Origin: Candidatus Hadarchaeales archaeon
GTDB taxonomy: Archaea > Hadarchaeota > Hadarchaeia > Hadarchaeales > WYZ-LMO6
Assembly: GCA_038736355.1 (NCBI GenBank)
Contig: JAVYML010000003.1
Location: 285,314 to 349,313, forward strand
Direction of reading: 5' to 3'
DNA: 64,000 nt
Both the position numbers and the translations under genes were made by a program. Within the stretch, counting starts at the first letter, position 1. Each line of letters starts with the position of its first letter. Below, in pieces: positions 16,911 through 25,884 of the stretch. The notes below the pieces were generated by a model that worked only from the letters and a program-made list of their open reading frames with translations, searched no databases and was not told the origin of the DNA.

Positions 16911-16956
16911 TACGGGCCCGGGCCCCATAAAGCTCCCTCCTCTCTTTCTTAAAAAC

Positions 16957-17520
16957 TTACTCTTTCGATTTGGAAGTTATCAGGTTCAAAAGAATACCCT
17001 CCAACTTTTCCCCACATTCCCTACAAAAATCCTTCCTTTTGAGATCCACCTCTAGGACGGAGTTGGAAAAACTCATCACGCATTCCCTCCGCCTGCAATG
17101 TCCCAGACCGAAGGTATGACCCAGTTCGTGAACGGCTTCCTTTACCAGTCTCTCGAGGAAAAGATCTTCCCTCCCCTCCTCCCCGTAAAAACTGGGACTC
17201 AACCTACGGAGGGAAACCAAGGCCCCCCGACCTGGACACTGGGCCAACCCGAAGACGAAGTTAAGACCTGGCGTATACAAATCGACTTCCGTTATGGCCA
17301 GAATTCTTCCTTGGCATTGCCTCAGTACCTCCTTCAACACGATGGAAGCCTCGTATTGCCCCCTCTCCTTGCGGTAAGCCATTCTCGGCACCTCCACTCG
17401 GGAAGAGGGAAGAAGCCTGAGCCTACCCCGGAAGGATTCCGATAGGGTGGGGCCCAATCCCAAAAGAATTCGGGGGGAAAGATCACCCACCGGAACCATT
17501 TTGACCTCCAGGGTTTTCAA
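16957..17520 (-). CDS. amzA: archaemetzincin (zinc metalloprotease)
   Basis: HELGHTFGLGHC metzincin motif plus the downstream Cys-rich segment CVMSFSN...CRECGEKL typical of archaemetzincins. Confidence 0.85.
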   Translation of the reverse strand: MKTLEVKMVPVGDLSPRILLGLGPTLSESFRGRLRLLPSSRVEVPRMAYRKERGQYEASIVLKEVLRQCQGRILAITEVDLYTPGLNFVFGLAQCPGRGALVSLRRLSPSFYGEEGREDLFLERLVKEAVHELGHTFGLGHCRRRECVMSFSNSVLEVDLKRKDFCRECGEKLEGILLNLITSKSKE

Positions 17521-17546
17521 AGTACCCCCACCTCACTTTAGTCATC

Positions 17547-17555
17547 TTTTTAAAA
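17547..17555. promoter_or_regulatory. palindromic A/T block (TTTTTAAAA) shared by divergent amzA and the 17579 ORF
   Basis: Centred about 31 nt from the amzA ATG (17520, minus strand) and about 28 nt from the ATG at 17579 (plus strand). Confidence 0.35.
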
Positions 17556-17578
17556 GGTGCTTCCCCTCTCCCTTCGGA

Positions 17579-18151
17579 ATGGGACTGGAAGTCCTCATCC
17601 TCCTTCGCGGGCGGTGGGAACCGGAAGAGCTTGAGCTCCCAGAAACCATGGTCTGCAACGTGATGGAGGAAAACACCCTCCTCGTCCCCCTTCCCCTGAG
17701 GGGGCCGAGATATTATCCCTGCGAGAACCCTCCACTGGAATATGCCGTTCCGGGCAAGGTTCCCCAGCTGGAGTTCGAGGTAATCCTGAGTGACTGGGAA
17801 AGTGGGGGTTTGGAAAAGGGAAGAGCAACCATCCTGTGTGGATGGAGGGGAGAGAGGCTTAAACCAGAATACGTGAGAAGAGTTCCCCTTCCCTGTCAAG
17901 AAAACGCCCTTTTCTACTCCAAAGGACACGTAAGAATCACCGCCTATGCTTCTGGGGAGGTTCTCCTGGAAAAGTTCACCCCCCTCCTCGATGAGGAGAA
18001 AAGAAGGATAGAGGTGAAGAGGGAAGTCCTCTGGAAGGGCTTTCCTCCCCTTCCCCCTCAACTCAAGGGGTTTGAAGAGGCGGTGAAAGCGGCCATGGAG
18101 AAGGCCAGATGTCAAGGTTGCAGGGAAATTCATTACGCCGACTTCGGATAA
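17579..18151 (+). CDS. hypothetical protein (190 aa), no family recognised
   Basis: Intact ORF. The internal ATG at 17579 is preferred because the track start at 17447 would overlap amzA by 74 nt, and a TATA-like block sits 28 nt upstream of 17579. C-terminal CQGC pair. Confidence 0.5.
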   Translation: MGLEVLILLRGRWEPEELELPETMVCNVMEENTLLVPLPLRGPRYYPCENPPLEYAVPGKVPQLEFEVILSDWESGGLEKGRATILCGWRGERLKPEYVRRVPLPCQENALFYSKGHVRITAYASGEVLLEKFTPLLDEEKRRIEVKREVLWKGFPPLPPQLKGFEEAVKAAMEKARCQGCREIHYADFG

Positions 18152-18182
18152 AGTAAATAACTGCACTTCCCCCAATTTTTGG

Positions 18183-18833
18183 ATGCCCGAGAAAAAGGAA
18201 GTACTTGAAGCCCTCCTCGACTTCAAAGGAAGGAAAATCAGGGATTTTTGCCTGAAGAGGCTGGAAGAGGGAAAAAAGGCCTACGAAATTTTGGAGGAAC
18301 TCAACCAAGGATTGGAGGAAATAGGAAAGGGATACGAGAGCAAGGAGTTCAAGAGGTACTTCGAATCCGATCTCATCGTTTCTGGAGCCAACATGAAAAG
18401 GGCGATAGAATTGTTGAGGCCCTATCTCTCGGGAGGGGTTACTAAGGAAAGGAGAGGAAAAATCCTGCTCGGAACGGTTAAGGGGGACGTGCACGACATA
18501 GGAAAAACCGTGCTCTCCATCCTCCTCCAATCCAGCGGTTTTGAGGTGGTGGATTTGGGGGTAAATGTGGACAAGGAAACCTTCGTGAAGGGGGTGAAGG
18601 AGCATTTACCCCAGATAGTGGGGATGTCCGCCCTTCTCACCTCCACTGCCCCATACATGGAGGAAGTGGTGAAGGAGCTGGAAAGGGAAGGAATAAGGGA
18701 AAGGGTAAAGGTGATCGTTGGGGGAAGAGCAGTCACCGAAGAATTTGCCAGGAAAATAGGGGCGGACGCCTATGGGAAAGACGCCGTGGAGGGTGTGAGG
18801 AGATGCCTGGAGTTGGTAGGGAAAAGGGAATGA
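18183..18833 (+). CDS. cobalamin-binding corrinoid protein (MtaC/MtbC/MttC-like methyltransferase partner)
   Basis: 216 aa. N-terminal helical cap plus a B12-binding Rossmann domain with GDVHDIGK (DxHxxG), SALLTST and VIVGG motifs. GTAAATAA box about 26 nt upstream of the ATG. Confidence 0.85.
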   Translation: MPEKKEVLEALLDFKGRKIRDFCLKRLEEGKKAYEILEELNQGLEEIGKGYESKEFKRYFESDLIVSGANMKRAIELLRPYLSGGVTKERRGKILLGTVKGDVHDIGKTVLSILLQSSGFEVVDLGVNVDKETFVKGVKEHLPQIVGMSALLTSTAPYMEEVVKELEREGIRERVKVIVGGRAVTEEFARKIGADAYGKDAVEGVRRCLELVGKRE

Positions 18834-19702
18834 GGATCTTCATACTTTACCGGGGACCCTTTGGGGAACAGATGGTAAACAACTTGGTGTTGGGAGGGTT
18901 GGGTAGCTCTACCGTGGGGACCTTCGAACTCACACCGGAACTCTTGGAGGAAGAACACCCGGAGGAGAAGGACCTATGGAACAGGCTCTGGGAGGAGCCT
19001 CACCGCTACCTTCCCAAAAGCCTTCCCCACGTTAAGTGCGATTTGCTCTTGGTATTGGGGATCCATTCAAAACTCGGAGACCTGGTCCCACCCATCGCAG
19101 AGAAGATGGGGGCGAAAAGCATCCTTTACCCCATCGACGACCGTCAGCATCTCCCGGAGGGAAGGAAGACCATGGAAGAGGAACTGGAGAAGAAGGGAAT
19201 TCACATAGAATTCCCGGAGCCCTTCTGTGCCCTCGAAAGGAGCGAGGACCCCTTCGTCCAGGAGTTCTGCGAACGCTTCGGCAAGCCAAGGTTCAAGGTG
19301 AAGAGGGAAGGGGATAGGATAAAGGAGGTGAGGGTTCTGAGGGATACCCCATGTGGTTCCGCTCATGCTGTGGCGAAAAAAATGCCCGGCTTTTCCTGCG
19401 GAGATCCCAGGGCCCTGAAGGAAAAACTCTTCTTCGAACACCACAACGAAGAAAACGAAAACTATTGCCTGGCGGAGATGGATCCCCTCGCCCCCTACAT
19501 GCAGGAGGCAGGGGATATCCTCGTGGATTCCTTCTTCGAAGCCTGCGGCCTCCCCACCACCAAGGACCTCATCCTCCAGGAGCTCAAGAAAGGAAGGGTA
19601 GATTTCCAGGAACTGAAAAGGAAGCTAGTGGAGGAGGAGAAGAGGTGTGAAACGGATAGGACCATAAGGAGAATCCTCAAAGAGCTTGGTTGGAACATCT
19701 AG
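18830..19702 (+). CDS. Cys-containing hypothetical protein (290 aa)
   Basis: The ATG at 18830 forms an ATGA overlap with the corrinoid protein stop. It has conserved-looking Cys positions (PFCAL, FCERFG, TPCGSAH, FSCGD, YCLAEMDP). It may belong to an archaeal DUF family, but I cannot verify this. Confidence 0.5.
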   Translation: MRIFILYRGPFGEQMVNNLVLGGLGSSTVGTFELTPELLEEEHPEEKDLWNRLWEEPHRYLPKSLPHVKCDLLLVLGIHSKLGDLVPPIAEKMGAKSILYPIDDRQHLPEGRKTMEEELEKKGIHIEFPEPFCALERSEDPFVQEFCERFGKPRFKVKREGDRIKEVRVLRDTPCGSAHAVAKKMPGFSCGDPRALKEKLFFEHHNEENENYCLAEMDPLAPYMQEAGDILVDSFFEACGLPTTKDLILQELKKGRVDFQELKRKLVEEEKRCETDRTIRRILKELGWNI

Positions 19703-21300
19703 ACACAGGGTGAGAAGGAAAGTTCCCCAACCAACCTGTACATCAGGTCGCTTTCGCTCTCCAAATTCAGGTACTCCACCCTCCTCGCCACTTCCTCCCC
19801 CTCCCTCCTCCTCCCTTTGGAAACGAGGGCCTGCCTAGCCCCCTCCAAGGCGGAGTTTCCAACCTTCTCCACCTTGTCGAGAGGGACGGAGGGAAGAAGA
19901 CCTATGGCGTAGGCGTTTTCCACCCTTATATAGGTACCAAAGGCTCCTGCCAAGTAAACCTTCTCCACCTCCTCCACCCCAATTCCATATTTTTCCAGCA
20001 GAACCTTTGTTCCCACACAAATGGCGGCCTTTGCCAGCTTCAGCTTGTCCACATCTTCCTCATCGATCTTGATCTCCCTTTCCCCTTTCGCTATCACCAC
20101 TTCCTTTCTCCCTCCGGTGAACTTTCCGGTTTCATCCATGAAACCTTTGTTGAGCATTTCCGCCAGCACATCTATCAGGGCCGAACCGCAGAGCCCCACG
20201 GGTGGGAGATCGTCTATCGTTTCGTAAGCCACCCTCCCGCTCCCATCCATCTCCACCCTGCTTATCGCTCCCGAAATTGCACCCACCCCGCATTTTATGC
20301 CACTTCCCTCGAAGGCTGGGCCGGAAGCGCAGGAAGTGGAAATCATTCTTTCCCTGTTCCCCACGACTATTTCGGTGTTTGTTCCTATGTCCACGAGCAA
20401 ACCTATTTCCTCCTTCCGGTGAAGGTCCGTGGCCAAAATACCCGCTACGGTATCGGCCCCTACAAAACCTCCTATCAAGGGCAGGGCATAGACATTGCCC
20501 ATAGGGTTCATCTTGAGACCGAGCTCGGTCGGTTTCCTGTTCTGGGCCTCCAGGGTGAAGGGCTGGAAGGGAAAGACCCCCAGAGAAGCCACAGGATGGC
20601 CCAAGAAGAGATCCCTCATGGTGGAATTACCCACCACCACCATCTCGTATACATGTTCCGGCTTCACTCCCAGTCTCTCCACCATACCGTTTACGGCCCT
20701 TCTCACCGCTTCCTCCAGCTCCCTCTGTCCCTCCTTCCTGGCATAGGCAATCCTGCTTATCACATCCCCCCCGTAAACCTCCTGAGGATTTTTCATGGAG
20801 GTTACTCCCAAAATCCTCCCCGTCTCCAAATCCACTGCATAGGCCACCAACGTGGTGGTGCCCACATCCAAGGCCAAGCCTACTATCTCCCCCTCATATT
20901 CCCCCATTTTCCTCCTTTCTTCTTTCCATTCCCAAACCACCTCCCTTCCCTCCCTCCTCACTGCGGGTTCCAGCTTTACCGGCAGGATCTTTCCCTTCTC
21001 CAGGATTTTGTATCTCCTTTCCGGCACTTCCACGATGATCCTGCCTTCCTCTTCCTCCACCCTTGCCTGACAGGCAAGTCTCTCACCGGGTTTTACGAAC
21101 TTGAGCTCGGCTTCGGTGAGGGGATTGAGACCCTCCCCCTCCACCTTCAAAAGGCATTGCCCGCAAACCCCTATTCCCCCACAGAGGGAAGGGAGTTCTA
21201 TTCCAAGCTCCTGGCAGTAGGAGAGAAGACTCCTCCCCCTTTCCAACTTGACCTTTTTACCGTAATTCCTGAAGAAGAGCTCTCCCCTCTCCATGACCAC
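19699..21300 (-). CDS. RACo-like reductive activator of corrinoid iron-sulfur protein (2Fe-2S ferredoxin domain + ASKHA ATPase)
   Basis: N-terminal plant-type ferredoxin motif (PSLCGGIGVCGQCLLKVEG...LACQARV). ASKHA phosphate motifs LALDVGTTTLVAY and LLVDIGTNTEIVVG. GGAGGAG Shine-Dalgarno-like sequence 8 nt upstream. Immediately downstream of cdhE. Confidence 0.8.
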   Translation of the reverse strand: MVMERGELFFRNYGKKVKLERGRSLLSYCQELGIELPSLCGGIGVCGQCLLKVEGEGLNPLTEAELKFVKPGERLACQARVEEEEGRIIVEVPERRYKILEKGKILPVKLEPAVRREGREVVWEWKEERRKMGEYEGEIVGLALDVGTTTLVAYAVDLETGRILGVTSMKNPQEVYGGDVISRIAYARKEGQRELEEAVRRAVNGMVERLGVKPEHVYEMVVVGNSTMRDLFLGHPVASLGVFPFQPFTLEAQNRKPTELGLKMNPMGNVYALPLIGGFVGADTVAGILATDLHRKEEIGLLVDIGTNTEIVVGNRERMISTSCASGPAFEGSGIKCGVGAISGAISRVEMDGSGRVAYETIDDLPPVGLCGSALIDVLAEMLNKGFMDETGKFTGGRKEVVIAKGEREIKIDEEDVDKLKLAKAAICVGTKVLLEKYGIGVEEVEKVYLAGAFGTYIRVENAYAIGLLPSVPLDKVEKVGNSALEGARQALVSKGRRREGEEVARRVEYLNLESESDLMYRLVGELSFSPCV

Positions 21301-21339
21301 CTTTTCTCCTCCTTCTTCCCTAATAAGAAGCGAAGGGGA

Positions 21340-22734
21340 TTACTTCCAGTGCTCGGCCAAGAACTTGGGGATGCCCGAGGAATCCCTGGGCCCTATCATG
21401 ACCTCCCACTCGAATCCCAACAGCTCCTCCAGTTCCCCCTTGTACCTGGCCGCCATTCCAGGTAGGATGACCTTCCTGTGCTTGACCTTTTCTTTCACGT
21501 TGGAGGCTTTGATGGCATCGGCTATGGTCTGGGCCGTCATCTTCCTTCCGGCGATGGAGGACTCCACGCTGAGACCACCCGTATCCACCACGATGAGATA
21601 GGAGGGAACCTTCGAGTTTTCTATGTCACTTGCCACGGTGAAATAGGTGAGGGCAAAATTGGAGGTGACCATGACGGGAGAATTCTCGTTCACTTCCCCG
21701 ATGGCCCTCATCCCTGGCTCCACGCTGACGGGCTTCCTCGGATCCGTATAGATGTTCTCCCTCAGGATGATGAGGGGAAGCCAGGTCCAGATTTCTTCAG
21801 ATTTCAGGATAATGAGGTCCGCATATCTGACCATCAAGATGGTGGCTAGGGCCGTTTCTTCCCAAGCCAATTCCTCGGGCTTCCTTCCCCCGTCCTCCCA
21901 GACCCTGGCGACGGAAGCTATCAAGGGAAAGCCCACTTCCGGATCTTCCCCCCTGATGGCAGTGTTCCTCAGAACGGTGAAACAGTTCACCGTCTCCTTC
22001 AGCATCTCGCCGAAACCCGCCCCAGGATCCAAGAGGAGATCCTGGAGACCCCAGTTCATCATGGTCTTGGCCATCGACTTCAGGGTCTTCAGATCGAAGG
22101 GAGAATAGAGGGCAAGAGGACACTGGTACTTCAAAGCCAGTTCTCCCATTTCCTTCCAGTTCTCCTTGGTGGCGGCGTAAAGGAGTGGTCTTCTATCCTT
22201 CACGAGGGAAACTGCCTTTTCCATCACTCCTGGGTCGGTACACCAGAGCACCAGCGGAAATTTGGTGAGGGAAGCCTTTCTGACGGTGGCCTCGAACTTG
22301 GAGGGGTCTCCCGAGACATACCTTGGAGCCAGCATGTCCAGCCTCAGGGTCTTCCCTATGTAGGAGTATCCGTATTCCTCCACCTTCTTGATCCTCTTGA
22401 GCAGATCTACCTCGGAAAGGGTGTCCTCCAAGGTTAGGGCCAAAGGAACGGGGTTGAAATACCTGTATTCGTGCCTTCTCACCACCAGCTGCCCACCCAC
22501 CTTGATATCTCCTATTTTTACTTCCTTCACGGGAGGTTTCAGCATTTCCTGCAGTTTTTTAAGGTTGGCCTCCTGTCCCTTTTCCCACAGAGGAGGACAT
22601 TCTTCAAGTGAAATGGTCCTCTCCGCCAACCTGGCGGCAAAAGCCATACAAACACCCGGTTCACACTTACCACAGTTGGTTTTGGGGAGGAGGGCATAGA
22701 TGTCCAAAGGTCCAATCTTCTTTTTGGCTGCCAT
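21340..22734 (-). CDS. cdhE: acetyl-CoA decarbonylase/synthase gamma subunit (corrinoid Fe-S protein large subunit)
   Basis: 464 aa. N-terminal 4Fe-4S motif LPKTNCGKCEPGVCMAFAARLAE and a TIM-barrel/corrinoid domain. Follows cdhD. Confidence 0.9.
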   Translation of the reverse strand: MAAKKKIGPLDIYALLPKTNCGKCEPGVCMAFAARLAERTISLEECPPLWEKGQEANLKKLQEMLKPPVKEVKIGDIKVGGQLVVRRHEYRYFNPVPLALTLEDTLSEVDLLKRIKKVEEYGYSYIGKTLRLDMLAPRYVSGDPSKFEATVRKASLTKFPLVLWCTDPGVMEKAVSLVKDRRPLLYAATKENWKEMGELALKYQCPLALYSPFDLKTLKSMAKTMMNWGLQDLLLDPGAGFGEMLKETVNCFTVLRNTAIRGEDPEVGFPLIASVARVWEDGGRKPEELAWEETALATILMVRYADLIILKSEEIWTWLPLIILRENIYTDPRKPVSVEPGMRAIGEVNENSPVMVTSNFALTYFTVASDIENSKVPSYLIVVDTGGLSVESSIAGRKMTAQTIADAIKASNVKEKVKHRKVILPGMAARYKGELEELLGFEWEVMIGPRDSSGIPKFLAEHWK

Positions 22735-23901
22735 TCACTTCACCCCTATCCAGGGCATGAAGGTAGGCTCACCCTTTTCTCCCATGAGCCACTTTATCAC
22801 ATCCTTCATCGTCCTGATGGCTGCGGGATGCAGGGTGATGTAGAGATCGTTTCCAGCCATGAGCATGGCGAGGGCCATCGCCGTTTCCCACATGGGACCC
22901 CTGTACTCCCTGGGACCCATTTCCGGATTGTGTAACCAGGCCTCCCTCGCCCCCCAAGCATTGGCGGTGGCCGAACCCATGGGACATTGGAGTTCTGCAT
23001 CTCCCATGAGGGCTGCCAGCCTAATTCTTTCCATAATGGAGAAGGCATATTCTATCCCATACCCAAGGGGGGCAGAGGTGGGATCGATCACTATCTGTTC
23101 CTTGGGTAGATACTCGTACAACCTACGGTTCAGTTCCTTCGCCTGGGCCATGTCTATGGAAGTCCAGGCCAAAACCACGTGACCGTATTGCTTGGCAGCC
23201 TTCGCCACGGGTTCCCACATGTCCAAGTTGGCCGAGCTCAAAAGTACCCTCTCCCCCTCGCAGACCTCTGCTATTTTGGGAAGGAGCTTTGCATCCTTCT
23301 CGGGGTTCCCCGATCCTCCCACGATCAGTGGAACATCCACGGCCTGCAAGATGTTCTCCACCAGCTTGCAGGATTCTTCTATGGGAGTGTTCTTGGAATA
23401 GGGATCGCTGCTGACGAGCTCTATGTCCACCAGATCCGCACCGAACTTCTCCACCGCCAGCTTTGCCCACTTGATGGGATCTTCTATGGCATCCCCCAGT
23501 ACCGCCCTAACGGGTCCTGGCAAGGGAACAGGCATGTCAAAGACATCACCTGCAATGGCTGGAGGATTGGGAAACTTTCCTTCCAGGAAGTGCCAAGGTG
23601 GAGCCGTTTCTCCCCCTATTTTCACAACCTTCCTCCTCGTTCCTCCATCGGCACTGGTCGCTCCCAGTGTAACCTCCGCTATGGAGCCTGGATATTCTTG
23701 CACGAAGGGAGAGAACTCGGCCTCCAACAGGGAAAGGGGCTTGGCTGGGACAGCCTCTTTGACCGGTGGTGGGACCACGGTCATCAAAGGCCTGAAAATG
23801 AACCTTAGTTCTTCTAGAGTGAGATCCACCTTCTCCAGCTCGAGTTCATTCATTTCCCCCAACAGCCTCAGGATCTCATCAAGTGGGGAACCTTCCGTCA
23901 C
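22735..23901 (-). CDS. cdhD: acetyl-CoA decarbonylase/synthase delta subunit (corrinoid Fe-S protein small subunit)
   Basis: 388 aa with pterin-binding-like TIM-barrel sequence. Position between cdhC and cdhE. Confidence 0.85.
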   Translation of the reverse strand: MTEGSPLDEILRLLGEMNELELEKVDLTLEELRFIFRPLMTVVPPPVKEAVPAKPLSLLEAEFSPFVQEYPGSIAEVTLGATSADGGTRRKVVKIGGETAPPWHFLEGKFPNPPAIAGDVFDMPVPLPGPVRAVLGDAIEDPIKWAKLAVEKFGADLVDIELVSSDPYSKNTPIEESCKLVENILQAVDVPLIVGGSGNPEKDAKLLPKIAEVCEGERVLLSSANLDMWEPVAKAAKQYGHVVLAWTSIDMAQAKELNRRLYEYLPKEQIVIDPTSAPLGYGIEYAFSIMERIRLAALMGDAELQCPMGSATANAWGAREAWLHNPEMGPREYRGPMWETAMALAMLMAGNDLYITLHPAAIRTMKDVIKWLMGEKGEPTFMPWIGVK

Positions 23902-23913
23902 CCTCTTCCTCCT

Positions 23914-25359
23914 TTATCCCTTTTTCTTCTCCACCCTTCTGATGATCATCTTCTCGGCGAAGATCTTGGCATTCTTCAGCACGATTTCGAACTCCATCCC
24001 ACCAGCACCCGGCACTCCCACGGTAAGGGTGGGGGCCAACATGGGCGCACCTTCCGCAGGCGCTTCGGGAGCAGGTGCGGCGGCGGCTTCCTCGGCCTCC
24101 ACCCCTTTCAATCCCTTTACACCCAATTTCTTCAGCTCCTCACTGGGCTCGACGATGGGATGATTATGGGCTTTTAAAAAGGCCTTGAGCTCTTCAATGT
24201 TCTTCACCTCTTCTTCGGTGGGTATCTTGTCCACCACATCCTTTGGTATGAAGTCCTTCACCCTTTCTTTGGCCTCCTTGGGAATCCAAACCACCCTCTT
24301 CCATCCACCATCTGCCTGGAGGAACTTCGGAGATCTCATGTATTCGAACGAGATACCATGAAAGCCATCCACCTGCCTCCCTCCTGCCGTGGAATCCGCC
24401 ATGGTAGAGAAAGGAACCCCGTTAACGGCGGGGCCCTTAAAGTCCCTGTGCACGATTCCCAATCCATCCACTTCTGGAATGTAGAAGGCGATAGCCTCAA
24501 AACACCCACAGGAAGTGTGCGGATAACCGAAGGCCGTGTAAAGCTGTACCCTTTGCACTGCCCCCAGGCTCTTGGCTTTAACAGATTCATTGGCCCCCTC
24601 CCACTCCCCCTTGAAGGGATCTATAACTTTCCCTATCTTGACTTCGTAGATGGGGCCCTTAGGATCTATCTTGGAGGCCGCCCTCCCATCGAACCAACTT
24701 ATAGCACCGCAATTGGCATACCTTTGGGGTGTGATCACGCACACATGGGTAGGGGCGAAGGATTGACAGAGGGTACATCCATAGAAAACATCCACTTCTT
24801 CGTCCTTTAGGCCCCTTGCCCTCGCATCCCTAGCCTCATAAACTTTGAGGGCCTCAGGATAGAGCTTAGCCACTTCGGCCGGATCCGTATAGAAAGTAAC
24901 TTGAACTCTCTCGATGATGGGACACTCGCTGTGGTAGAGCCTGATGATCACCGCTCCCAGATGCTTCAGGGTGAAACCTTTCTGCACCGTCTTTTTGCTC
25001 ACTCTGCACCAGATCGTGTTCCTTTGGTTGAGGTGCATGAAGCCCTCCACCCAGTTGGTGAAGTAGTGGATTCTCCTCTCGAAAACACCCTCCATCTCTT
25101 CCTCTAGGTCCTTTCCACCCACCTCCACCAAGATGGCAAAAGGAGTCTTGGTTCCTTCTGGCATGTCCTTGAAGTCTGGACCCACTACCGTTACCTTTCC
25201 ATCCTCCACCTGCTCTAGAGGTCTCACCCTCAAAAGTTCAAACTTGTGGGGAACATCCGGTCCACCCAGCTCCGCATGCATGTCCCCCTTCCTTATTCTC
25301 TCTCCCTCGTACACCACCCCTACGTCCACGGGGATGTCCGCGAACATTCCCGACTTCAT
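23914..25359 (-). CDS. cdhC: acetyl-CoA decarbonylase/synthase beta subunit (acetyl-CoA synthase, A-cluster)
   Basis: 481 aa. CTLCQSFAPTHVCVITPQRYANCGAISWFDGRA and GYPHTSCGCFE A-cluster ligand regions. Ala-rich linker and a basic C-terminal tail. Confidence 0.9.
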   Translation of the reverse strand: MKSGMFADIPVDVGVVYEGERIRKGDMHAELGGPDVPHKFELLRVRPLEQVEDGKVTVVGPDFKDMPEGTKTPFAILVEVGGKDLEEEMEGVFERRIHYFTNWVEGFMHLNQRNTIWCRVSKKTVQKGFTLKHLGAVIIRLYHSECPIIERVQVTFYTDPAEVAKLYPEALKVYEARDARARGLKDEEVDVFYGCTLCQSFAPTHVCVITPQRYANCGAISWFDGRAASKIDPKGPIYEVKIGKVIDPFKGEWEGANESVKAKSLGAVQRVQLYTAFGYPHTSCGCFEAIAFYIPEVDGLGIVHRDFKGPAVNGVPFSTMADSTAGGRQVDGFHGISFEYMRSPKFLQADGGWKRVVWIPKEAKERVKDFIPKDVVDKIPTEEEVKNIEELKAFLKAHNHPIVEPSEELKKLGVKGLKGVEAEEAAAAPAPEAPAEGAPMLAPTLTVGVPGAGGMEFEIVLKNAKIFAEKMIIRRVEKKKG

Positions 25360-25883
25360 TTTTCCAGCTCCTCCGCTATTTTTTCCAGGTTTTTATACCA
25401 TTCCTCCGCGGAGAGGTTGGGGAAGGACCAACTACAATGAGGCTGATAAAATCTATTTAAAGATATCGTTCGCAGGTGGGGTGCAAAGGACTTCAAACCT
25501 GAACCCATCAGCCACTCCATGTAATAGGGACCCAAGCCCAGCATCAGCACTAGATCGTGGGGCTGCCCGTCCCCATGCAGGCTCCACTTGGGATCCGTGA
25601 GTCTCGAGCATATCTCCACCATGGCCATTCTAGCGGCCGGTTGTAATCCCCTCTTCTTGAGCTCCATGGCCATTTGTGCCGTCGCCACCACCGGCACCTT
25701 TCCTGCCTTGGCTATCCTCACGGCGTAATCCAACGGTTTTCCTCCCTCTTCCTTCAGCGCCTCCGTCCCTACCACGAAGAGGGGCCGCTTGGCCCTTTTG
25801 ATGAGAACTGCTACTACCTCAGGCCTGGTGATGAGCACCGCCTTCACGGGTCCTGGAATCTCAGCCTTCTGCCACGGCTCCAC
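25356..25883 (-). CDS. cdhB: acetyl-CoA decarbonylase/synthase epsilon subunit
   Basis: 175 aa. Position between cdhA and cdhC with 4-nt and 1-nt junctions. Typical size and sequence character of CdhB. Confidence 0.8.
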   Translation of the reverse strand: MEPWQKAEIPGPVKAVLITRPEVVAVLIKRAKRPLFVVGTEALKEEGGKPLDYAVRIAKAGKVPVVATAQMAMELKKRGLQPAARMAMVEICSRLTDPKWSLHGDGQPHDLVLMLGLGPYYMEWLMGSGLKSFAPHLRTISLNRFYQPHCSWSFPNLSAEEWYKNLEKIAEELEK

Positions 25884-25884
25884 T

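Larger units (their letters stand above)
16786..16919 (-). tRNA. tRNA-Lys (anticodon CUU) interrupted by three introns (positions 9/10, 30/31, 37/38), CCA encoded
   Basis: Removing 21-, 24- and 12-nt insertions from the 134-nt minus-strand sequence gives a perfect 77-nt cloverleaf: GGGCCCG-UA-GCUC-AGUCUGGUG-GAGC-A-UCCGG-CUCUUAA-CCGGA-CGGUC-GUGGG-UUCAAAU-CCCAC-CGGGCCC-G-CCA. Each insertion is flanked by a bulge-helix-bulge or bulge-helix-loop motif, with cuts between nt 2 and 3 of each 3-nt bulge. Confidence 0.85.

Noticed and set aside
16658-16952. ORFs 16658-16879 (-) and 16725-16952 (+).
   Set aside because: They overlap the three-intron tRNA-Lys gene and its promoter, which explains the whole region. 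Their translations have no protein-like features.
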